Part shown: piece by piece, positions 18,951 to 28,115 of the stretch
How positions within the stretch are numbered: the stretch's first letter is position 1
Layout of the letters: every line of letters begins with the position of its first letter
DNA from: Candidatus Fermentithermobacillaceae bacterium UBA3951
GTDB taxonomy: Bacteria > Bacillota > Sulfobacillia > Fermentithermobacillales > Fermentithermobacillaceae
DNA length: 64,000 nucleotides
Assembly (NCBI GenBank): GCA_002385465.1
Contig: DGDN01000043.1
Location: forward strand, 2,927 to 66,926
Reading direction: 5' to 3'
Translations under genes and position numbers: made by a program
Notes under the pieces: generated by a model
The model's database searches: none
Told to the model about the DNA's origin: nothing
Seen by the model: only the letters and a program-made list of their open reading frames with translations

Positions 18951-19228
18951 GCTCTTTCCCCCCCGTAGATGAAACGAGCCTCCCGGCACCCAAGCCGAGA
19001 GGCAGCGAAAATTATAACCGCCCTCTTCGGTAACCCGGCTGTCATGGCGACTCTTTCTTTCTTGTCGCTTTAGACCCGCAGCTTTGCGTCACTGCCTTTC
19101 GACAGTTTTGCCTTTATCGGTGCGCGGTAACTGGACCTATTTAGCTGTGGTCGCCTCATATTCTACACAAAATCCAAAAATCCTTCTTCCCGTTACTAAT
19201 TTCGGAGATTTTTTTAGATACGTAAGAA

Positions 19229-19261
19229 GGCGGGCAAAGAAAACTGATCTCTTCGCCCGCC
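19229..19261 (-). terminator. GC-rich stem-loop just downstream of codY stop, without adjacent U-tract (possible leaky terminator/processing site)
   Basis: GGCGGGCGAAGAG/loop/TTTGCCCGCC pairs to a stem of about 14 bp. On the minus strand it is followed by TTCTTACGTATCT and then AAAAAAA, which is not a U-run. Confidence 0.3.
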
Positions 19262-19279
19262 TCCTCGGAAAGCGGATTC

Positions 19280-20056
19280 TTATCGAAGCTTCTTGAGCTC
19301 CTCCAGGAGCTTCGTATTCAAGACCCTTATGAAAGTGCCTTTCATGCCCAGCGACCTCGACTCAATAACGCCTGCAGATTCGAACTTCCTGAGGGCGTTC
19401 ACGATAACAGACCTGGTTATTCCAACGCGGTCGGCCACCTTCGATGCCACCAGGAATCCTTCGGTCCCGCCCAGCTCTTCAAAAATATGTCGCATGGCGT
19501 TGAGCTCTGAGAAAGAAAGCGTACCGAGGGCTACCTGGACGGCGGTGCGCTGCCGCGTCTCTTCTTCAACCGTCTCCTGGTTGTAGCGGAGGATCTCCAT
19601 GGCCGCCACGGTCGCTGCGTGTTCTGCGAGAATGAGGTCGTGGACGCTGAAGTCTTTGGTAGTGCGAGCCAAGACCAAGGTGCCCAGCCGTTCTCCGCCA
19701 CCCATGACGGGCAGGATCGTGGTTATCTTCCGCGGGTACTCGCATGAAGTGCCATCCTTGAAAACGCAAACACCCTCATCGTTCTTAATGTTGACTGCAG
19801 GTTCTCTGTACATGAACAGTCGCTCATTGTAAGACGGCGGGAAGCCTTCCGACTCGAGGACGTCTTCTTTCATCACCTTGCAGTCGAAGTCGTCCATGAG
19901 TGCATACCCTAGGACTTTACCGAACTTGTCCAGGACGTATACGTTGCACTCAACTACATCTCTTATGACTTTCGCGCTACCGTGGAAGTCAACTTCGCTT
20001 GCCGCCTCTCTGAGCAGCTGGTTCATACGTCGTGTTTTGTCTAGTAGAGTCTGCAA
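19280..20056 (-). CDS. codY: GTP/BCAA-sensing global transcriptional regulator CodY
   Basis: GAF domain plus a C-terminal wHTH (ASKVADRVGITRSVIVNALRKFESAGVIESRSLGMKGT). The start is taken at TTG (LQTLLDKTRRMNQLL), preceded by AAGAGGAGG, and this aligns with the B. subtilis CodY N-terminus. Confidence 0.9.
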   Translation of the reverse strand: MQTLLDKTRRMNQLLREAASEVDFHGSAKVIRDVVECNVYVLDKFGKVLGYALMDDFDCKVMKEDVLESEGFPPSYNERLFMYREPAVNIKNDEGVCVFKDGTSCEYPRKITTILPVMGGGERLGTLVLARTTKDFSVHDLILAEHAATVAAMEILRYNQETVEEETRQRTAVQVALGTLSFSELNAMRHIFEELGGTEGFLVASKVADRVGITRSVIVNALRKFESAGVIESRSLGMKGTFIRVLNTKLLEELKKLR

Positions 20057-20084
20057 CCGGTTTTCCTCCTCTTTTGCTCTCACG

Positions 20085-21485
20085 CTACAAAATATAGCGG
20101 GAGACATCTCTATTTGAAACTAGGCCCGCTAGCCTCCTTCTCACGTACTCGGCATCCACCGTAACTTTTCGCTCAGCCAAGTCGGGCGCCTCGAAAAGGA
20201 CGTCTTCGAGCAGCTTCTCCATGACGGTGTGAAGTCTTCTTGCCCCTATGTTCTCCGTCTCCTGGTTCACCCTAAAAGCCATGGCAGCCAGCTCGGCTAT
20301 TCCGTCTTCAGTGAATTCTACCTCTACATTATCAGTAGCGAGAAGAGCTTTGTACTGCCTTGTTAGGGAAGTTTCGGGTTCTTTGAGAATTCTGACGAAA
20401 TCCTGCTCCGTAAGTGGGTCCAGTTCCACTCTTATGGGGAACCTTCCCTGAAGCTCGGGGATGAGATCAGAGGGCTTGGTGACGTGAAAAGCCCCTGCCC
20501 CGATGAAAAGGATGTGGTCTGTCTTAACAGGTCCGTACTTCGTGATCACCGTTGTGCCTTCGACTACGGGCAGAAGGTCCCGTTGGACTCCTTCTCTCGA
20601 TACCTGGGGCCCGGATCCTTGCTCGCGGCCTGCGATCTTATCAAGTTCGTCGAGAAACACTATGCCGAGAGCTTCGGTGCGCCTTATGGCTTCCGCGGTG
20701 ATCGAGTCCGTATCCACGAGTTTGGAGGCCTCTTCCTGCGCGAGGACCTTCCTTGCCTCTTTCACTTTGAGGCGCCGGATCTTTTTCCGCTTTGGAAGGA
20801 TACCGCCCAAGAGGTCCTGCATATTAAGGCCCATCTCCTGAATACCGCTGCCGTCGAAGAAGTTAAAGGTCGGAATTGAGGTGTCTTCCACTTCGATCTC
20901 GACCTCTAGGTCTTCACACTCGCCTCTCGAGAGGCGCTCCCGGAACAGACGTCGTTCGGCCCTGGCTTTTCGGACCTTTTCTTCGAAGTCGTCATCTTCT
21001 GTCGTGTCGTCGCGCATGCCCGGGTTAAACAGGTACTCGAAAGGATTCCGGGACGACTCTCTCCTCTTGGGAAGCGGACAAACGATGTCAACCAACCGGT
21101 CTTCCGCAAGCGCCTGGGCTTTCCCTTTGACCATCTCAAGTTGCTCATTCCGAACCATCCGGACGGCCGCCTCAACCAGATCACGTATGATGGAATCCAC
21201 ATCCCGCCCTACGTAGCCGACTTCGGTGAACTTGGAAGATTCCACCTTCACGAACGGGGCATTCACCAGTTTGGCAAGGCGCCTGCATATCTCCGTCTTG
21301 CCTACTCCCGTAGGGCCAATCATGAGGATGTTCTTAGGGATTATGTCGTCCTGAAGATCTCCGTGAACCATCTGCCGCCTTAACCTGTTCCGGACCGCGA
21401 TGGCAACGGCTCTTTTTGCCTTTTCTTGACCTACTATGTATTTGTCGAGTTCGAAAACTATCTCACGAGGCGTAAGGTCCGCCAT
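20085..21485 (-). CDS. hslU: ATP-dependent protease ATPase subunit HslU (ClpY)
   Basis: AAA+ Walker A GPTGVGKTEI and HslU I-domain. Confidence 0.95.
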   Translation of the reverse strand: MADLTPREIVFELDKYIVGQEKAKRAVAIAVRNRLRRQMVHGDLQDDIIPKNILMIGPTGVGKTEICRRLAKLVNAPFVKVESSKFTEVGYVGRDVDSIIRDLVEAAVRMVRNEQLEMVKGKAQALAEDRLVDIVCPLPKRRESSRNPFEYLFNPGMRDDTTEDDDFEEKVRKARAERRLFRERLSRGECEDLEVEIEVEDTSIPTFNFFDGSGIQEMGLNMQDLLGGILPKRKKIRRLKVKEARKVLAQEEASKLVDTDSITAEAIRRTEALGIVFLDELDKIAGREQGSGPQVSREGVQRDLLPVVEGTTVITKYGPVKTDHILFIGAGAFHVTKPSDLIPELQGRFPIRVELDPLTEQDFVRILKEPETSLTRQYKALLATDNVEVEFTEDGIAELAAMAFRVNQETENIGARRLHTVMEKLLEDVLFEAPDLAERKVTVDAEYVRRRLAGLVSNRDVSRYIL

Positions 21486-21508
21486 CCAAAAGCCTCCCTT
21501 TCCTAAGC

Positions 21509-22057
21509 CTAGTTAAGCTCTTCGACCAGGATATTCTCATTCGTGTATATGCAGATCGATGCCGCTATTTTAAGAGATTCTCTGGCTATTTCTCCGGCGG
21601 CAAGAGAACTGTGGCGTAAGAGCGCCTTGGCGGCTGCGGTAGCGTACGGCGCTCCGGACCCTATTGCCAGCACGTTGTCGTCGGGTTCGATCACTTCGCC
21701 GGTCCCGCTCACCAGCAAAATGTGATCCTTATCCATGCATAGGAGCATGGCCTTGAGTTGCCTGAGGACCCTGTCGGTACGCCATTCCTTGGCCAGTTCA
21801 ACCGCGGCCCTCTGCAGGTCGCCCCTGGTTTCCTCAAGGTGTCCCTCGAGCTTATCGAAGAGCGCCAGGGCATCGCCGACAGAGCCTGCAAAACCGGCTA
21901 GTATCTTGCCGTTGTGGATCTTTCGTACCTTTTTCGCCCCGCTCTTTAGGATGGTGCGGCTCTCCTCCAGAGTCACCTGGCCATCGCCTGCCATGGCGCC
22001 CTTACCCCCCGCTCTCACCGCGAGGATGGTGGTGCTCCTTATCAAAGGCCCGTTCAT
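21509..22057 (-). CDS. hslV: ATP-dependent protease subunit HslV (ClpQ/CodW-type)
   Basis: Ntn-hydrolase core ([11 protein letters not shown]...GDGQVT...GSGAPYA). The track ORF begins at GTG 22066, and the ATG after GAGAGG at 22057 is preferred. Confidence 0.9.
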   Translation of the reverse strand: MNGPLIRSTTILAVRAGGKGAMAGDGQVTLEESRTILKSGAKKVRKIHNGKILAGFAGSVGDALALFDKLEGHLEETRGDLQRAAVELAKEWRTDRVLRQLKAMLLCMDKDHILLVSGTGEVIEPDDNVLAIGSGAPYATAAAKALLRHSSLAAGEIARESLKIAASICIYTNENILVEELN

Positions 22058-22062
22058 GCTCA

Positions 22063-23100
22063 TCACCCTCTCTTTTCTCCGGTACCCTTCCGGCTCTCCG
22101 TTGCGTCCTCGGCTCCGGCACGGGGATGGAAATTCCGGTACACTTCCCTAAGATGCTCAGGCAACACGTGGGTGTAGATTTGGGTGGTCCGGACGCTTGC
22201 GTGCCCCAACATATCCTGGACAGACCGTAAATCTGCCCCGCCTCTTAGAAGATGAGTCGCGAAAGAATGCCTGAGCGTGTGCGGCGAACATCTCGCGGGA
22301 TCCAACCCGGCCGCTATGAGGTGGTTCTCGAGCACCCTGCGTATTGACCTTACCGAAAGCCTCTTACCGAACCGGTTCAAGAAGAGGGGCCTCCTAAGGC
22401 TGGTCAAGACGGCCGGTTTTCCCGCCCGGGCAGGCTCTTTGCCCGTGGCGCGGTTAAGAGCTTTCGGACCGGCCTCTAGGAACGGGCGGCCGTTTTCAAG
22501 GTAGTCACCGAGCGCCTCCAACGCCTCAGAGCCCACGGGGACAAACCGTTCTTTGCTGCCTTTCCCCAGCACCTGGACGAAGCCCAGGGAGTAGTCTATG
22601 TCGCCAACGTTGAGACCTCTTAGTTCGCTTATCCTGAGCCCTGAGCCGTAGAGGAGCTCAAGCATTGCCCTATCTCTCTTGCCGAGAGGAGTCCTCGAAT
22701 CCACGGCCTCCATGAGCTTCTCCACTTCACCTTCGGAGAGGACCTTGGGTAGTTCTTGCCTAGCCCTCCTCGGCGATACCGCCTTGGCGGTTTCCGGCGC
22801 GAGAGCCCCTCGCTTTTCCAAAAACTTTAGGAAGCTCCGGATGCAAGACGTCTTTCGGGCAATAGATGAGGGTTTGTACCCTTTCCTCGAAAGGTCTTGG
22901 ATGAACCCCCTGACATCGTCTCCGGATATCTTCTGGGGTAAATTGGAGGGGTCTCCACCGTACTTCTCGGTAAGGAAGGCCATGAACTGGCCGAGATCAT
23001 TGGCGTATGCGTTAAGGGTACTGGGACTCTGGGTTCTGGATACCCCCACTTGGGCCAGAAATTCCTCTTCTCCTACTTCCAAGATAGATCTCAACGCCAC
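22063..23100 (-). CDS. xerC: Tyrosine site-specific recombinase XerC (CodV-like)
   Basis: Phage-integrase catalytic domain with R...HxxR...Y ([16 protein letters not shown]), in the codV slot upstream of hslV. Confidence 0.85.
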   Translation of the reverse strand: MALRSILEVGEEEFLAQVGVSRTQSPSTLNAYANDLGQFMAFLTEKYGGDPSNLPQKISGDDVRGFIQDLSRKGYKPSSIARKTSCIRSFLKFLEKRGALAPETAKAVSPRRARQELPKVLSEGEVEKLMEAVDSRTPLGKRDRAMLELLYGSGLRISELRGLNVGDIDYSLGFVQVLGKGSKERFVPVGSEALEALGDYLENGRPFLEAGPKALNRATGKEPARAGKPAVLTSLRRPLFLNRFGKRLSVRSIRRVLENHLIAAGLDPARCSPHTLRHSFATHLLRGGADLRSVQDMLGHASVRTTQIYTHVLPEHLREVYRNFHPRAGAEDATESRKGTGEKRG

Positions 23101-23159
23101 ACCTTCTCACAATCAAAGAAATGCCTGCAATGGCAGCCAATTCACAACTAATGATAACA

Positions 23160-25280
23160 TCAGCGTGAAAGACGAGCAACTTTTTCGTAATTTTCTACCT
23201 TTTGCGAGCGATAGCTGCAAGCAGTGTTTGAGCAGCGGAAGCCCCGCCGCCCGCCTTGAGCCTCAACGAGGAACGCACCACAGGTAGGGCACTTGGAGCC
23301 TGCCACGGGTCTTGCCCATGTCGTGTAGTCACACGCGGGGTATTCGGTGCACCCGTAGAAAACCCGCCCTTTGCGCGTCCGCCTCACTACGATGTCACCC
23401 TTTTCGCACTTGGGGCACTTGACGCCGGTCTTCTCCAAGACAGGCTTGGTGTTCTTGCACTCGGGGTATCCCGAGCATGCGATAAACTTGCCGTACCTCC
23501 CCCGTTTTACAACCATTGGACGGCCACACTTGTCGCAGTCTTCCCCCGCCGGTTCGTCGGCAATCTTGATGCGGGCCAACTCTTCTTCGGCCCGGTCGAC
23601 CTGCTCCTTGAACGGTTCCCAGAACTCCCTCAAGATTGAAATCCAGTCGCCTTCACCCTCTTCGATGGCATCGAGCTTTTTCTCCATGTCTGCCGTGAAG
23701 GCAAGGTCAACGATGGAAGGGAAATTCTCTGTAAGCAGCCGGTCCACGGTGATACCCAGCTCTGTGGCAAAAAGGCGCTTTTGCTCTCGCGCAATGTACT
23801 CTCGTTCAAAAAGGGTAGCTATTATCGGGGCATAGGTGGACGGCCGGCCTATCCCGTTCTCCTCCAACGCCTTAACCAGCGTTGCTTCCGTATATCTCGG
23901 AGGTGGTTCGGTGAAATGCTGGGAAGGCTCGGTTTTAAGGAGGCTCAGGACCTCTCCCTCCGCGAGAGGGATGATATCCCGTTCTTCTTCCGTTTCTCCG
24001 GGGTGGTCCCGGCCCTCTTCGTAAACCTTCGTGAAGCCGGGGAACTTCATCCTGGAACCGGTGGCCCTGAACGTTGCCCGGCCCGCCGTTATGTCGGCCG
24101 TCACGGTGTCGTAGACCGCCGGCGCCATCTCGCTGGCGACGAACCTTTCCCATATCAGCTTGTATAACCTGTACTGGTCGTTCCTGAGGAACCTCTTGAG
24201 ATCCGCGGGAGTCCTCAGAAGCGACGTGGGACGTATCGCCTCATGTGCCCCTTGTTCAAGAGGCCTTGCCCGCGCGGCTCTCCCGGAACCCACATACTGC
24301 GATCCGAACACCTCGCCTACGAACCGTCGTGCCTCGGCCACTGCGCTTTCGGCCACTCTGACCGAGTCGGTCCTCGTATATGTGATAAGTCCCGTGTAGC
24401 CTTCATTTCCGATCTCTACACCCTCATACAGCGTCTGGGCGACCGACATTGTCTTTTTCACCGAGAACCCGAGCTTCCTCGAAGCCTCTTGCTGGAGCGT
24501 TGATGTTGTGAACGGAAACGGCGCCTGCCTCCTTCGCTCTCTGGGCTTCACTGAAGCCACGACAAACGGTTCACCTTGGATGGCAGAGAGGACCGCATCT
24601 ACGTCTTTTCGGCTGGAAAGGGTCTTCTTACGCCCGTTTTCTCCGAAATAGCGGGCTTTTACCTCTCCTTGTTCACCCTTTAGATAAGCGTCAAGGGTCC
24701 AGTATTCCTCGGGCTCAAATGAGCCGATCTCCTGGTCGCGCTGGACTATGAGCCTTAGAGCGGCAGACTGCACCCTGCCCGCAGAAAGGCCCGGCCTAAT
24801 CTTGTGCCAGAGGAGCGGGCTTAGGCTGTACCCGACGAGCCTGTCCAACACCCGCCTTACTTGTTGTGCGTTCACGAGCCTCTGGTTCACGGGTCTCGGC
24901 TTGGAGAAAGCCTCTCGCACGGCCTTTTCGGTGATCTCGTGGAAGATGACGCGTTTAGCCTCTTCCGGGTCGATCCCCAAGATGGAGCAAAGGTGCCACG
25001 AAATGGCCTCGCCCTCCCTGTCCGGGTCCGTTGCCAGGTAAACCGAAGACGCCTTCTTGGACGCCTCTTTGAGCTCCTTAATGAGGGGACCTTTGCCCCT
25101 TATGTTTATGTACTTCGGCGCGAAATCGTTTTCTATGTCGACCCCAAGAGTGCTCTTGGGGAGGTCTCTCACGTGACCCAGAGAAGCCATGACCCGGTAT
25201 TTCGATCTCATAAACCGGGATATGGTCTTCGCTTTCGTAGGTGATTCAACGATTATGAGTGGACTTGTCTCAGCAGTCAT
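23160..25280 (-). CDS. topA: DNA topoisomerase I
   Basis: TOPRIM domain (LIIVESPTKAKT), active-site Tyr region and C-terminal Zn-ribbon repeats (CDKCGRPMV, CPKCEKG, CPTCGA). Confidence 0.95.
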   Translation of the reverse strand: MTAETSPLIIVESPTKAKTISRFMRSKYRVMASLGHVRDLPKSTLGVDIENDFAPKYINIRGKGPLIKELKEASKKASSVYLATDPDREGEAISWHLCSILGIDPEEAKRVIFHEITEKAVREAFSKPRPVNQRLVNAQQVRRVLDRLVGYSLSPLLWHKIRPGLSAGRVQSAALRLIVQRDQEIGSFEPEEYWTLDAYLKGEQGEVKARYFGENGRKKTLSSRKDVDAVLSAIQGEPFVVASVKPRERRRQAPFPFTTSTLQQEASRKLGFSVKKTMSVAQTLYEGVEIGNEGYTGLITYTRTDSVRVAESAVAEARRFVGEVFGSQYVGSGRAARARPLEQGAHEAIRPTSLLRTPADLKRFLRNDQYRLYKLIWERFVASEMAPAVYDTVTADITAGRATFRATGSRMKFPGFTKVYEEGRDHPGETEEERDIIPLAEGEVLSLLKTEPSQHFTEPPPRYTEATLVKALEENGIGRPSTYAPIIATLFEREYIAREQKRLFATELGITVDRLLTENFPSIVDLAFTADMEKKLDAIEEGEGDWISILREFWEPFKEQVDRAEEELARIKIADEPAGEDCDKCGRPMVVKRGRYGKFIACSGYPECKNTKPVLEKTGVKCPKCEKGDIVVRRTRKGRVFYGCTEYPACDYTTWARPVAGSKCPTCGAFLVEAQGGRRGFRCSNTACSYRSQKVENYEKVARLSR

Positions 25281-25283
25281 TCG

Positions 25284-26246
25284 TTAGCTGCGCTCCTTCC
25301 CATTTGTAGCCTGCCCCACCAGAGCCAGGAATTTACCTGCTGCAGTCCTCTGGACCGCGCCTTTCATCTCCAGGCAAGCAAGCACCGCTGCGACCCTGCC
25401 TGCCGGCATATTGGAGAGACGCTCACACAGGGCGTCAGCCGAAAGCGGGTGACCGCGAAGCTCATGAAGCACAAGAGATTCCTCCAGCGTGTTCTCCGTA
25501 GCCGCAAGGCGCTTTGGGGACTCCAAAGGTACGGGAACACATTCAGTTTCTCGTCCGAGAAAGGATAGCACATCTTGTGCCGAGGTTACCAGATAAGCAC
25601 CTTCCTGTATCAATTTGTTGGCGCCGGCGCTCTTCGGAGATTTCACGCTTCCCGGTACTGCCATGACCGGAATGCCGTAGTGCAAGGCCCACGAAGCAGT
25701 GTTGAGGGCCCCCGAGCGGGCGCCGGCCTCTATGACGACGACACCAAGGGACAAACCGGCAATAAGGCGGTTTCTTCGAGGAAAGTGATACTTAAGGGGC
25801 CTTACCCCGTCGCCAAACTCGGAAAGCAAAGCTCCGTGATGTGGGATTTCACGGTACAGATCTTCGTTTTCGGGAGGGTAAACGACATCCACCCCGCATC
25901 CCAAGCAGGCGATGGTGCGACCGCCGGCCCTTATGGCCGCGCGGTGGGCTATCCCGTCTATCCCCCTCGCGAGCCCCGAGACGACCGTAACCCCGGCTCC
26001 GGCCATATCTTCCGCAAACTCCCGGGCCACCCACTTGCCCACCTGAGTCGGGTTTCGCGTGCCTACTATGGCCACTGCCAGCCGGTCTTGAGGCACGATA
26101 TTTCCGGCGATGTGAAGGCCCTCCGGAGGGTTTGGAAGACGCATCAGGCTTTCCGGGTACCCTTCTTGCCCCAGGGCGATGACCTGACTCGCCACAAAGT
26201 CACTCCGTTTCCATGATTTGACAATTCCCGATTGAATGTACCACAA
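25284..26246 (-). CDS. dprA: DNA processing/protecting protein DprA (Smf)
   Basis: Rossmann-like DprA domain (GLARGIDGIAHRAAI...IVVIEAGARSGALNTA). Confidence 0.85.
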   Translation of the reverse strand: MWYIQSGIVKSWKRSDFVASQVIALGQEGYPESLMRLPNPPEGLHIAGNIVPQDRLAVAIVGTRNPTQVGKWVAREFAEDMAGAGVTVVSGLARGIDGIAHRAAIRAGGRTIACLGCGVDVVYPPENEDLYREIPHHGALLSEFGDGVRPLKYHFPRRNRLIAGLSLGVVVIEAGARSGALNTASWALHYGIPVMAVPGSVKSPKSAGANKLIQEGAYLVTSAQDVLSFLGRETECVPVPLESPKRLAATENTLEESLVLHELRGHPLSADALCERLSNMPAGRVAAVLACLEMKGAVQRTAAGKFLALVGQATNGKERS

Positions 26247-26333
26247 ATCTCTAGGAAGCGCACCGCCTTTTCATAACTCCCATCGCCCAGGGAGATGCTG
26301 AGAAGAGACTTATTGTGGCCAGGGTGATCTCTC

Positions 26334-28115
26334 GTGCGCGTACCTAATGTTTGGAAGGCAGTTAAGGACCTCCTTTCTCCCGCGAAAGGGACTCCTGAGC
26401 GCGCGCGCTTTTCCCTTGGAGAGCGTCCCATACCCGGCAAGATGCCTGCTAAAGCCAAAGAAGAAGGCAAGAAGCGTGGAAAGGAGCTTAGCCATGACCT
26501 TGACGAGAACATCCGCGCCCTCAAAAAGATCTTCCACGTGCCAGAGTCGTCCGACATCGTGTTCAGAGAGATCCTCATCGCCGAACCAAAGGCAAAAGCC
26601 GTCGTGGCCTATATCGAGGGGCTAAGCGACTTCGACAAGATCTTCAAGTGCGTGCTCCAGCCGCTTATGCTCTTGAGCCCTCTACGGAAAGGCGACCTCA
26701 AGAAGCCGGTTGACAGGTTAGAGTCGGTCCTTCTCCCCAACGGACAGGTTGAACGTACGGAAAGCCTCCACAAACTCGTTGAAAGCATTCTCATGGGCGA
26801 CACGGTGGTACTGGTTGAAAGAAGTAGCGTTGCCCTCGTCGTCGAGACCAAAGGATGGGAGCACAGGCAGGTCGGTGAAGCCGTATCCGAACGTATCGTA
26901 AGGGGGCCCCAGCAGGGGTTCGTGGAAGTACTGAGAAGCAACACGGCCCTCCTCCGCTCCATCGTACAGACCCCCGACTTGGTTGTGGAGAGCCTGGATA
27001 TCGGTGTGACGGCAAACAACAAATGCGCGCTTATTTACGTGTCCTCGATCGCAAGTAAGAAGCTGGTGGACGAGTGCAGGAGAAGGTTACTGGGGCTGGA
27101 CGTCTCGGAGGTTTTCACTTCAGGCGAGCTGGAGCAGCTCATCGAAGACTCCCACAGCCTCTTGCCCACCATCCTAAGCACCGAAAGGCCCGATCGCGTG
27201 GCTGTCCACCTCATGCAGGGGATGTGCGCCATAATGGTCGCCGGGGACCCCTTTGTTCTCATAGTTCCCGTCAACCTATTCGCATTTCTGGACAGCGCCG
27301 AAGACCGCTTTGTTCGCTGGCCGTACGGGAACATACTCCGGATTATACGTTACGTCAGTTTCTTCCTCACCATATACCTACCGGGGCTCTACGTGGCCAT
27401 AGTGAGCTATCACCCCGAGATGGTCCCTTCGGCCATGATGATGGCAATTGCGGCATCTCGGGAACCTATCCCGTTTCCGCTTTACATCGAAGTGCTGGTC
27501 ATGTTTTTCGGGTTTGAGCTCATAAGAGAGGCGGGAATACGGATACCTTCCCCCATCGGACCTACTATCGGCATCGTGGGTGCCTTGCTTATCGGTGAAG
27601 CCGCCGTGACCGCCTTCATTGTGAGCCCGATCTTGGTGATAATCATAGCAGTTACAGCGGTCGCTTCCTTCACTCTTCCGAACCTAGAAATAGGCATGTT
27701 CATCAGGGTGGCGACGTTTCTTTTCATCGTTGCGGGAGCAGCGCTGGGATTTCTGGGGATAGCCGTCCTCACTTACCTCATGCTGTGCCACGCCTTCTCA
27801 CTCAACAGCTTCGGAGTGCCCTTCCTCACGCCCCTGGCACCCATGAGGAAGCCTTCTTACCGGGGGGCATTTGTGACGGAACCCTGGAAAGTCGAGAAGA
27901 GGCCACCCTACATCCATCCCCAAAACACGTGGCGCCTCGGTCGCATAGCGCGCCTTTGGGATGCGGGGCTAACCCTCGAAGAGGACGGCACAAGAGGAGA
28001 GAGAGGTGACGGAGGTGGCGGAGGACAAGGTGGCTCACCAAGAGAAGCCGTCGAGGGCGGGAAAGGACCAAGGGACGAGAATGGGAGCAGGAGTAGCGAA
28101 AAGAGCGGGCGGTGA
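26334..28115 (+). CDS. gerKA: Spore germination receptor A subunit (GerA/GerKA family)
   Basis: GerAA-family core with 4-5 TM helices after a soluble N-domain. The GTG start follows AGGGTGAT. The C-terminus is a long Gly/Arg/Glu low-complexity tail. Confidence 0.85.
   Translation: MRVPNVWKAVKDLLSPAKGTPERARFSLGERPIPGKMPAKAKEEGKKRGKELSHDLDENIRALKKIFHVPESSDIVFREILIAEPKAKAVVAYIEGLSDFDKIFKCVLQPLMLLSPLRKGDLKKPVDRLESVLLPNGQVERTESLHKLVESILMGDTVVLVERSSVALVVETKGWEHRQVGEAVSERIVRGPQQGFVEVLRSNTALLRSIVQTPDLVVESLDIGVTANNKCALIYVSSIASKKLVDECRRRLLGLDVSEVFTSGELEQLIEDSHSLLPTILSTERPDRVAVHLMQGMCAIMVAGDPFVLIVPVNLFAFLDSAEDRFVRWPYGNILRIIRYVSFFLTIYLPGLYVAIVSYHPEMVPSAMMMAIAASREPIPFPLYIEVLVMFFGFELIREAGIRIPSPIGPTIGIVGALLIGEAAVTAFIVSPILVIIIAVTAVASFTLPNLEIGMFIRVATFLFIVAGAALGFLGIAVLTYLMLCHAFSLNSFGVPFLTPLAPMRKPSYRGAFVTEPWKVEKRPPYIHPQNTWRLGRIARLWDAGLTLEEDGTRGERGDGGGGGQGGSPREAVEGGKGPRDENGSRSSEKSGR

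Noticed and set aside
19084-19296. 70-aa plus-strand ORF in the codY-flgB intergenic region
   Set aside because: It spans the hairpin and the codY 3' end, has no SD, and is better explained as a regulatory spacer.
26609-27022. 137-aa minus-strand ORF
   Set aside because: It is antisense to the conserved core of gerKA.
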